Of a stretch of DNA of 64,000 nucleotides, positions 32,501-40,574 are shown piece after piece. Source of the DNA: Mucilaginibacter sp. (lineage in GTDB: Bacteria; Bacteroidota; Bacteroidia; Sphingobacteriales; Sphingobacteriaceae); the NCBI RefSeq assembly GCF_039921305.1, contig NZ_JBDSCA010000061.1, positions 11,153-75,152 on the forward strand, given 5' to 3'. Made by a program: the position numbers and the translations under genes. Within the stretch, counting starts at the first letter, position 1, and each line of letters starts with the position of its first letter. The notes beneath the pieces are model-generated. The model searched no databases. It saw only the letters and a program-made list of their open reading frames with translations, and was not told the origin of the DNA.

Positions 32501-32755
32501 CTGATCTGAAGATGCGGAAATATCGCTGTTTTTAAGTTTGACGGTTACCCCTGGCAGTGATGAACCATTGACCGCGTCAGTGACTTTCCCTGTGATTACC
32601 ACAGATGCTTTTACTTTAGCTTGAAAGATACCGCCAAAAGAGCTGGTTGATATTGTACAGAAAAAGATCAGAAGCGTGCTCATTGATCGCAGCCGAACAC
32701 GATATAACCACGGATAGTAATTTGTTTGGGTTAGTAAAGTAATAGGTATACTCAT
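29540..32755 (-). CDS. susC: SusC/RagA-family TonB-dependent transporter
   Basis: [73 protein letters not shown]. Confidence 0.96.
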   Translation of the reverse strand: [1071 protein letters not shown]

Positions 32756-32795
32756 ATAGTTGGTTTATTTATTGGTTATCAAGAACAAAGTGAGT

Positions 32796-35333
32796 CTATT
32801 TTATGTTAATCGTGTTTTTTAAAGATATATCAGCAGATGATGACCCGATCAATAGTTCAAACATTCCCGGATCGTGCTTGAATTTCTTTTCCTGCGCACT
32901 GTAATATTCAAAGGCAGAACGGTTGAGGCGAATATTGATATCCTTACTTTCACCTTTTTTAATAAACGTTTTAGCAAATGCCTTCAATTCTTTATAAGGC
33001 CTGAGTACCGGACAATTAATTTGCCTCACATAAACCTGTGAAACTTCAGCCCCATCATATTTGCCTGTATTTTTAATTGTAAAGTGAATATCAACAGTTG
33101 TTGAATCGGTAACTTTTACATTCAAGTTATCATAGGAAAAATTAGTGTACGACAATCCGTATCCAAATGGAAAAAGTGGCTTAGTGATATTACTGTCGTA
33201 AAAACGGTAGCCTAAAAATACTCCTTCTTTATAATTGATTCTCTTACTACCTGTAGTATCGTAGTAGTTTTTGTAGACAGGATTATTGCTCCATGATTTT
33301 TCAATACTGATAGGTAAATGGCCACTGGGATTTGTTTTGCCAAAGATAATATCCGCGATCACCTCTCCACCCTCTTGACCTGGATACCATGGGTACAATA
33401 TACTTTTGACATTGGTTATCCATTTTGCCATACTAACACCTCCGCCAGCATTTAAAACAACCACCGTGTTACGGTTGGCTTTAGCTATAGCCGAAATAAG
33501 TTCATCCTGTCCTGCAGGTAATCCAAAGGTTCTGTCAACAGATTCTTTCTCTGTTGATTCATTAAAACCAGCACATACAAATGCGATGTCAGCTTTTTTT
33601 GCTGCCTTTATAGCATCTTGATAATTTATTTTTTCAATACCCCACGCAAAACTGATATCAACGGGGTGAGTATTTGCATAGTATTCCAATTTTATGGCAT
33701 ACGGTTTATTTCCATCTAAAAGCATAGACGCACTTTTAGATGTAATACCCTGATCTTGCCAGGCATCAATGATTTTTTTATCGTTTATCCAAAGTCTAAA
33801 TCCATCAAATCCTCGTACTGTAAATTGATACCTCCCACTTAATTTAGGTTTTACATACCCCGTCCAACGGATAGATGTATGATCATAAGGAACCCCTTTA
33901 TTTTCGGCCACGACACCCCAACCATTATGGATATTTACATTTTGTTCCTCTGCTACTTTTACCGGTATTCCATCAAGTTTGCTGTTGTTAAAATAGGTTG
34001 CTTTTAATCCCGTACGACGAAAATTCTTATCAATATAGAATTTTGAGTTAGAAACCAGATCGCTAAATGGAGGTATCCCAGGTACGTAAACCACTTTGAC
34101 ACCGTTGGCATTCTTCTTAATTCCCTGTAAAGCAGTAATAAATGAAAATGGAAATGTATATGAACTTCCACCTCCGGCTATGTATGTGTTGGCATTGGGT
34201 CCGATAACTGCAATGGTTTTTACTGTTTTTGATAAGGGTAATAGTTTCCCCTGATTCTTTAGCAATACTATTCCACCTTTCGCTAATTCCAGAGCAACCT
34301 TTTGTCCATCCGGATTATTTTTAGGTATCGTATTGTCTTTTTGTTGGTGATCATAAAAACCATTCTTAAATACTAAACGAAGTATCCTGGCAACCTTATC
34401 GTCGATCACACTCTGTTTTACTTCACCTTTATTTAAGGCGGACAACAAGTTTGCCGAGCTCATAAATTTAGCGTATGGCATCTCCAGATCCAGGCCAGCG
34501 TTTGCTGCAGCGCGCCCATCGTAAGTTGCATCCCAGTCCGACATTAAAACACCATCGAAATGCCAGTCCTTTTTAAGTACCACATTGTTTAAATAATTAC
34601 TTTGGGTGGCATGTTGCCCGTTAATAAGGTTGTAACTATTCATTACCGCTCCCACGTGCGCTTCCATTACTGCGGCTTTAAATGCCGGAAAGTAGATCTC
34701 TTGTAACGTTCTTTCATCAATATCAGAGCTGATATTGTTTCTATCCCATTCCTGGTTATTAGCAGCAAAATGTTTTACCGTTGCGACCACACCCGCTTGT
34801 TGTACACCTTTGATGTAATTGACGGCCAGCCTTGAAACCAGGTATGGATCCTCGCCCATATATTCAAAACTACGACCGGCCATGGGGGCCCTGTAAATAT
34901 TAACTCCCGGCGCTAAAAGAATATGAGCGCCGCGCGCTCTGGCATCACGGCCCAATTGATAACCAAGTTGATTAACCAGGCTTGTATCCCACGTTGCCGC
35001 GGTAAGGATAGTTGCCGGATAAGCTATTGCCCTGCCATCTTTATGAACTCCGACAGGTCCATCTGTCAATTTAATTTCAGGTAGGCCAAGTCTGCTTATA
35101 CCCCGTATATAAAATCCATTGTAGCCGCCTATGTAATTTAATTTTTCATCCAATGTCATATTGGAAAGCATATCACTAACACGATCTTCAACGGGTTTCT
35201 TTGGATCTTTGTAAACCTGTGCAAACGCACCGCTTGAAATTGCAGCGCAGAAAATGCATGCACAGAACTTCACTAAGATCTTTTTCAAATGAGCCATTGT
35301 ATTTATCAAAGTCTTTATCGTTTTAGAGATCAC
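32796..35333 (-). CDS. GH3 beta-glucosidase with PA14 and FN3 domains (likely start ATG 35297)
   Basis: LTDGPVGV, LAPGVNIYR, FEYMGEDP, VKHFAAN, nucleophile MSDWDA, PA14 insert, FPFGYGLSYT, KELKAF. Confidence 0.93.
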   Translation of the reverse strand: MISKTIKTLINTMAHLKKILVKFCACIFCAAISSGAFAQVYKDPKKPVEDRVSDMLSNMTLDEKLNYIGGYNGFYIRGISRLGLPEIKLTDGPVGVHKDGRAIAYPATILTAATWDTSLVNQLGYQLGRDARARGAHILLAPGVNIYRAPMAGRSFEYMGEDPYLVSRLAVNYIKGVQQAGVVATVKHFAANNQEWDRNNISSDIDERTLQEIYFPAFKAAVMEAHVGAVMNSYNLINGQHATQSNYLNNVVLKKDWHFDGVLMSDWDATYDGRAAANAGLDLEMPYAKFMSSANLLSALNKGEVKQSVIDDKVARILRLVFKNGFYDHQQKDNTIPKNNPDGQKVALELAKGGIVLLKNQGKLLPLSKTVKTIAVIGPNANTYIAGGGSSYTFPFSFITALQGIKKNANGVKVVYVPGIPPFSDLVSNSKFYIDKNFRRTGLKATYFNNSKLDGIPVKVAEEQNVNIHNGWGVVAENKGVPYDHTSIRWTGYVKPKLSGRYQFTVRGFDGFRLWINDKKIIDAWQDQGITSKSASMLLDGNKPYAIKLEYYANTHPVDISFAWGIEKINYQDAIKAAKKADIAFVCAGFNESTEKESVDRTFGLPAGQDELISAIAKANRNTVVVLNAGGGVSMAKWITNVKSILYPWYPGQEGGEVIADIIFGKTNPSGHLPISIEKSWSNNPVYKNYYDTTGSKRINYKEGVFLGYRFYDSNITKPLFPFGYGLSYTNFSYDNLNVKVTDSTTVDIHFTIKNTGKYDGAEVSQVYVRQINCPVLRPYKELKAFAKTFIKKGESKDINIRLNRSAFEYYSAQEKKFKHDPGMFELLIGSSSADISLKNTINIK

Positions 35334-35382
35334 TAAACCTTTAATTTAATAGCTATTCCTCAAAGAAAGTCTATTAATTAAA

Positions 35383-35403
35383 TCTGGTCTGGTTTAGTCT
35401 GGT
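35383..35403. promoter_or_regulatory. Candidate operator (TCTGG pentamer array)
   Basis: TCTGG TCTGG TTTAG TCTGG T upstream of GH3. Confidence 0.6.
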
Positions 35404-35500
35404 TTATACTTACAATGATATGGCGTTTATTTTAGATTTCAAAATTTATTTATTCAGTATGCCGATTTATTTTTTTCGCTTCACATCATATGGGTTAAAA

Positions 35501-35515
35501 TCTGGTTTGGTCTGG
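35501..35515. promoter_or_regulatory. Candidate operator TCTGGTTTGGTCTGG upstream of gntR
   Basis: Identical to 16008-16022. Confidence 0.62.
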
Positions 35516-35566
35516 AATACTATGCGAAAAATTCTTACTTTGCAAGCACTTACTGATTAAATTCCC

Positions 35567-36592
35567 GTGAAAAAAAGCAACGAAACTTCGACTGATCTGC
35601 CTAATATTAATCATCGCATGAAATATCTGCAGTTAGTTGAGCATGTGAACAGCCTGATAGAAAACGATAAATTACAGATCAACGATCGTCTTCCTTCACT
35701 CAATGAGCTCACAAGTCAATTAAAAATGAGTAAAGAAACAGCCTTAAAGGGTCTCAATTACCTCTCTGAAAAAGGTATTATTGAGGCCGAATACCGCAAA
35801 GGCTATTACGTAAAAAAGAAAGCACAGTATCGTCCCTACCGGGTTTGTTTAATACTTGATAAGATGAATGTCCTGAGAGATAGGATCTACCATTCCTTTT
35901 TAGAAGTCATAAAAGACCAAGCGGATGTTGATGTATATTTCCACCATCATAATTTTAAAGTATTTGAAAAATTGATCGATGAGAACCTGAATAATTATAC
36001 CCACTTTGTGGTCATCACCTTTTTCAGAGAAGATCCGGCAGAGATCTTAAACCATATCCCTCCTCATAAAAGAATTATTTTAGACTTTGAAGAAAAGAAT
36101 TTGACGGGCGACTATACATGTATATATCAAGATTACAGATCAGATATTATAGATAAACTGACCGAACTACAACCAAGATTAGATAAATACGATCGTCTTA
36201 TATTAGTAGCTCCTTTGGAAGCTTTCCATGCTAAAGCCGTTATTGAGGGATTTGAAACATTTGCCAAAAAATACTCCAAAATTTATAAGGTTATTAACGC
36301 CTTAGATGAAGCACAAGCTAAAAAGGGAGATGCTTATATTACTTTCAGCAGATACGACCAGGACGATGTTTCGATTATAAAGCTAAGTCGAAAAAACAAT
36401 TGGCAGTTAGGCAAGGACATTGGTTTGCTTTCGTACAATGATACAGCAGTTAAAGAGGTTCTGGAAAATGGAATTACTGTTATTACTACAGACTTTAATA
36501 AGATGGGGGAAGAAGCAGGCAGAGCAATTATAAATAAGGAAATCATAAAGATGCGTGACCCGGCCAAAGTGATCTTAAGAAATTCATTATAA
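35567..36592 (+). CDS. GntR-family regulator with a C-terminal periplasmic-binding-fold sugar sensor
   Basis: KYLQL..DRLPSLNEL..MSKETALK.L..L..GII....KGYYV wHTH; C-terminal IGLLSYNDT..ITVITTDF..MGEEA; divergent from the PUL. Confidence 0.9.
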   Translation: MKKSNETSTDLPNINHRMKYLQLVEHVNSLIENDKLQINDRLPSLNELTSQLKMSKETALKGLNYLSEKGIIEAEYRKGYYVKKKAQYRPYRVCLILDKMNVLRDRIYHSFLEVIKDQADVDVYFHHHNFKVFEKLIDENLNNYTHFVVITFFREDPAEILNHIPPHKRIILDFEEKNLTGDYTCIYQDYRSDIIDKLTELQPRLDKYDRLILVAPLEAFHAKAVIEGFETFAKKYSKIYKVINALDEAQAKKGDAYITFSRYDQDDVSIIKLSRKNNWQLGKDIGLLSYNDTAVKEVLENGITVITTDFNKMGEEAGRAIINKEIIKMRDPAKVILRNSL

Positions 36593-36595
36593 TTA

Positions 36596-36728
36596 AACCG
36601 GATACTGATCCGTCAATGGTAGCACGGGTCGCACCGTTTATCGCGCCAGTTTGCTCATCCTGTAACAGGCCGATGATCTCCCAGTCATGAGCATTAAAAC
36701 CAGCAGGCATTACGATCTGCTGAGTGCC
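36596..36728 (-). pseudogene. 3' fragment of a probable DUF1223-type thioredoxin-like gene
   Basis: Hand translation [36 protein letters not shown]; resembles DUF1223 C-termini (recall, not searched); no 5' part. Confidence 0.45.
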
Positions 36729-36822
36729 TTAAGCTACTGCAAAACCTCGTAACGGTGGTTTTTGCTACAAATACGTTTCCGCATTGTTCACATAATCGGT
36801 TTACTGTGAAATTTGAACTCAT
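36694..36822 (-). pseudogene. 5' fragment of an excisionase-like HTH gene of Bacteroidetes integrative elements
   Basis: [30 protein letters not shown] (CxxC..C zinc motif), then out-of-family sequence and a stop after 42 aa; sits next to the att arm. Confidence 0.7.
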
Positions 36823-36985
36823 AAATAATCTCAATCAAAAATATAATCAGCGAAATTTTGGCAAAGCAATTCCCTGCGATAATATCTCCACTTTTAAAAT
36901 ACTAAATATCAGATTATTACACCACTCTGGGAAGATAACCACCGATGTCTTAACCCGGCATCATCAGTCGTAATTGCCCCGAATT

Positions 36986-37040
36986 TAAGCCATTCTAAGC
37001 ACATCTAAGGCTTAATAAGCGTAAATAAGGGTTTATAAGT
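36986..37040. repeat. Six TAAG motifs at exact 10-bp spacing
   Basis: gaattTAAGc cattcTAAGc acatcTAAGg cttaaTAAGc gtaaaTAAGg gtttaTAAGt. Confidence 0.8.
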
Positions 37041-37223
37041 GACTTAATTTTCCCCCAAAATCTTGATCGCAAAAAAAATCATTTTTGAGTAACAACTTAG
37101 TACCAAATATAAGAAATACAATGCCAATTATCCAAGAATTTGGACAAGCGAATAATTATAACTTACTAACAATGAACTATTTAATTGTAGTAAATTGTCG
37201 TTAGTTTTGGGTATTTGTCGGCA

Positions 37224-38630
37224 CTATTTGCCAATACAGAACTTAGAAAATATATTATCGAGCAAATCATCAGTAGTAACGGCTCCGGTGATCTCGCCTA
37301 AGTAGTAGAGGGATTGTTTGATATCCATGGCCAGAAAATCGGAGGTTACGGGGTGTTCTATTCCGTTGAGGACGCGGATTAGGGCTTGCTCTGTTTTTTG
37401 GAGGGCTTCGAGGTGGCGAATATTGGTTACCAGGGTTTCGTTGCCAGTGAGTTGGCCCTGTACGGAGCTGTTGTATATGGTTTGTTTCAGTTCATCAATG
37501 TGCTGCTTTTCGCGAGCGGATACGGTGATGAGCTTTACATCTTCGGGCAGATTAAAACTGGCGGCGAGCTTACTATCTGCTAACAGATCTATTTTGTTGG
37601 CTATGGCTATGATGGGGATGCCTGGGTGAATCAGGTTTTTCAGGTCTTGGGCTACGTCTTCGCCAGTCATGGTTTCTGCATCGAATACATACAGTAGTAA
37701 CGCGCTTTGGCTGATCTTTTCGAGGGTTTTTTGTACGCCTATGGCTTCGATAGTATCGGTGGCTTCACGTAGTCCGGCTGTATCTACTAAACGGAAATTT
37801 ATTCCGTTGATGTTGAGGATCTCTTCGATAGTATCACGTGTTGTACCTGCTATGTGACTTACAATGGCACGATCTTCATTTAACAATGCATTGAGCAGAG
37901 TGGATTTACCGGCGTTTGGCCGCCCGGCTATTACTGTGTTTACACCTTGTTTTATAGCATTACCCAATTCAAAAGATTGGATGAGTTTGCTTATCATGTT
38001 ACTGATATCAACTACCAGTTGCTTTAATTGTATGCGGTTGGCAAACTCTACATCTTCTTCCGAAAAATCGAGTTCTAACTCAATTAATGATGCAAAGGTT
38101 ACCAGTTGATCACGCAGTTGTTGTAGCTGATTGCTATAGCCGCCACGTAATTGCTGCATGGCTACCTGTTGCGATGCTTTTGAGTTTGAGGCTATCAAAT
38201 CGGCAACGGCTTCGGCCTGACTTAGATCAAGCTGACCGTTGACAAACGCGCGTAGTGTGAACTCACCGGGTTTGGCTGAGCGTGCCCCTTGTTTGATAAA
38301 AAGCTTGATGATAGACTCCATAATGTATGCCGAGCCATGGCAGGATACTTCGACCACGTTTTCGCGGGTGTACGAGCGTGGGGCTATGAATACGGATGCC
38401 AATACTTCGTCTAACACAATGCCCTCACCAACTATATTACCGAAGTGAATAGTATGGGATGCCTGTTTCTCCAGATCTTTACCTTTAAAAACACTGTTGG
38501 CTATCGCGATGGCATCCGGACCGGAAAGCCTGATAACGCCAATGGCTCCTATGCCGTTTGGCGTGGCCAGGGCAACAATGGTATCTTCCTTTTGAGAGAT
38601 TTGAGATTTTAGATTTGAGATTTGAGACAT
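37224..38630 (-). CDS. mnmE: tRNA modification GTPase MnmE (TrmE)
   Basis: ATPNGIGAIGVIRLSG, GEFTLRAF.NG.LDL.QAEA, GRPNAGKSTLLN, GTTRD, DTAG, NKID, terminal FCIGK. Confidence 0.98.
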   Translation of the reverse strand: MSQISNLKSQISQKEDTIVALATPNGIGAIGVIRLSGPDAIAIANSVFKGKDLEKQASHTIHFGNIVGEGIVLDEVLASVFIAPRSYTRENVVEVSCHGSAYIMESIIKLFIKQGARSAKPGEFTLRAFVNGQLDLSQAEAVADLIASNSKASQQVAMQQLRGGYSNQLQQLRDQLVTFASLIELELDFSEEDVEFANRIQLKQLVVDISNMISKLIQSFELGNAIKQGVNTVIAGRPNAGKSTLLNALLNEDRAIVSHIAGTTRDTIEEILNINGINFRLVDTAGLREATDTIEAIGVQKTLEKISQSALLLYVFDAETMTGEDVAQDLKNLIHPGIPIIAIANKIDLLADSKLAASFNLPEDVKLITVSAREKQHIDELKQTIYNSSVQGQLTGNETLVTNIRHLEALQKTEQALIRVLNGIEHPVTSDFLAMDIKQSLYYLGEITGAVTTDDLLDNIFSKFCIGK

Positions 38631-38805
38631 TAATGCAAAGGTGCGGATTTGGGGGGAATGTTCCTATATATCAAAATTAGTGGCGTGTCATTTTCTTATC
38701 GGTCACAAAAAACATTAGTAAAAAACTGGGTACTAAAAACGTTGCGGGCCTGATATCGAAAATTAGTGGGTTAAAATGATTAGAGATTTGAGACTATATT
38801 TCATA

Positions 38806-39405
38806 TTAAACCATAGTTCTGAAGGTTAGGTTTACACGTGGCGTTGTTACCTTTTTTGTTTTGGGGAGCGAGTGCAGCCAATTGGTTTGGGTTGTGCCTT
38901 TCATTACGAGCAGGCTGCCGGTTTCTAATAATAGCGAGCGTGACTCTTTTGACGATCTGTGTTTGAGGGCGAATTTGCGTTCGGCGCCAAAGCTTAGTGA
39001 GGCTATGGTGGTGTTTTTACCGAGGGATTTTTCATCGTCGCTGTGCCAGGCCATGCCTTCGTCTCCGTTGTGATAGAGGTTGAGCAGGCAGGAGTTGAAT
39101 TGATCGCCGGTTATGGTTTCTACTAATTGTTTGAGTTGGAGCAGTTCGGGTGTCCAGTCCAGAGCATGTTTGGTTGTGCCGGAGTATTTGTAGGAGAAGC
39201 CGGCGTTGCCATACCAGGCTACTTTGCGTTTGGTGATGATGTGGCGGCCAAAGATGATGGCTTCGTCGTTCTTCCATTCGATGGTATTGAGCAGGGTGTG
39301 TAAATAATGATCGGCGGTGTGCAGATCGAGCACGCGCCCGTAGTAATTTACTTCGCCATCAAAGGGCAATATGTTGGTTAGCATTTCGGTATTAAACAAA
39401 TCCAT
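38806..39405 (-). CDS. AlkB-family 2OG-Fe(II) dioxygenase
   Basis: NSCLLNLY..G..GMAWHSDDE, H(SLPK), RVNLTFR. Confidence 0.92.
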   Translation of the reverse strand: MDLFNTEMLTNILPFDGEVNYYGRVLDLHTADHYLHTLLNTIEWKNDEAIIFGRHIITKRKVAWYGNAGFSYKYSGTTKHALDWTPELLQLKQLVETITGDQFNSCLLNLYHNGDEGMAWHSDDEKSLGKNTTIASLSFGAERKFALKHRSSKESRSLLLETGSLLVMKGTTQTNWLHSLPKTKKVTTPRVNLTFRTMV

Positions 39406-39583
39406 AACACAAAAGTATGGCAGTTAGCGGTGAATAAAAATCTGATTGTTGCTATTTTAACATAGCTAAAAATATGGCGTATTGTATAAAACGGACGTTT
39501 TTTGTATATTTGTGTATAGTAGGCTTAACCAAAAAGAAAGCCGAAAATTGTTATTTAAATTTCTTACTATTTCCCCCTCTCTT

Positions 39584-39648
39584 CGCGTTAGCGATTGCAG
39601 TGGAAAGCCCGGAACCGCTTCTATCGGCGGTGAGGACTTGTAACGCCC
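39584..39648 (+). ncRNA. Structured repeat / candidate ncRNA resembling the Flavo-1 class
   Basis: GCGTTAGCGATTGCAGTGGAAAGCCCGG, hairpin ACCGC..GCGGT, then GAGGACTTGTAACG; a TATATTTG promoter-like motif lies at 39505-39512. Resemblance is from recall, not a covariance-model hit. Confidence 0.35.
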
Positions 39649-39779
39649 AAAAGAAGAAGCAAGAATCAAGACTTCAATATCCATACCCATCAAAAGTGTT
39701 CAAATATTAATTCTCTCCCATTTTATTAACACAAAGTATTTGCTTTACTTTATATGTAAACCTAACCAGTGCTTAAAAC

Positions 39780-40568
39780 ATGAATATCACTAAATTAACT
39801 AAACATTTTATTTGTTTTTTACTGTTGCTAACGGGTATTTTACCGGCTAAGGCACAGATATTCCGTATCAATACCATCAATTGTAAATTGAGTAATGCCG
39901 ATACTGCCCTGCTTAATAAAATGGGAAGGTTTGAGGCTAATTTTTACAACCAGGTGTTTAAAACTACCCGGAACGACACAGTTACTATCGATATTAATTT
40001 ATATGGCAAAAAGCGTGAATTTAATGACCTGCAAAATGGTGCTACGGCTAATGCTACTTTTGCAGACGGATATTACATGCCGGCTAAAAACAAGATTTTT
40101 ATCTACAAAACGGATAATTACATGCGCACGCTTTTCCATGAATCGAGCCATAACCTGTTGCGTTATAATTATACAAACCCGCCTAAGTGGCTTAACGAGG
40201 GTATTGCAACTTTGTTAGGTTATTTGGTTGAAACTACCGACAACCGGATATTGTATATGCCACAGGCAGGGATTGTAAAGATGGTAAAGGATAGTATAAG
40301 GGCACGTACTTTTAACCTGAATAACTTTTTCAAGACCCCAAACTCAGATTGGTACATCAAAAAGAAGGCCGATATGCTTTATGCGACATCGTACTGTATC
40401 ATCTATTTTTTGATCAATCAGGATAAGGATTACCTGGCGCCGATACTTGTGCTGATGCAAAAAGGATATTCAACCGATAGGGCTATTAAAGAAGCTTTTG
40501 GGAGCCTGAATAATTTCGCGGAGGAATTTTATGATTTTTATTTGCGCGGTGCGGGAATCAAGATTTAG
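39780..40568 (+). CDS. Exported HExxH metalloprotease-like protein (peptidase MA / DUF1570-like)
   Basis: Signal peptide; LFHESSHNLL..PKWLNEGIA gluzincin pattern; YATSY..IYFL. Confidence 0.7.
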   Translation: MNITKLTKHFICFLLLLTGILPAKAQIFRINTINCKLSNADTALLNKMGRFEANFYNQVFKTTRNDTVTIDINLYGKKREFNDLQNGATANATFADGYYMPAKNKIFIYKTDNYMRTLFHESSHNLLRYNYTNPPKWLNEGIATLLGYLVETTDNRILYMPQAGIVKMVKDSIRARTFNLNNFFKTPNSDWYIKKKADMLYATSYCIIYFLINQDKDYLAPILVLMQKGYSTDRAIKEAFGSLNNFAEEFYDFYLRGAGIKI

Positions 40569-40574
40569 ATATTG

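Larger units (their letters stand above)
10951..37223. mobile_element. ~26 kb genomic island at the mnmE 3' end carrying a PUL; integration genes largely deleted
   Basis: Flanked by the mnmE end and its displaced copy, with arm-type repeats at both ends, an excisionase-like gene remnant at 36694-36822 and gene debris at 11100-11900. Confidence 0.72.

Noticed and set aside
36755-36973. 72-aa plus-strand ORF near the att site
   Set aside because: Antisense to the excisionase-like remnant and its upstream region; no motif.
4926-37223. Integrase, relaxase or transposase genes
   Set aside because: No ORF with tyrosine/serine recombinase, relaxase or DDE motifs found; only the excisionase-like fragment.
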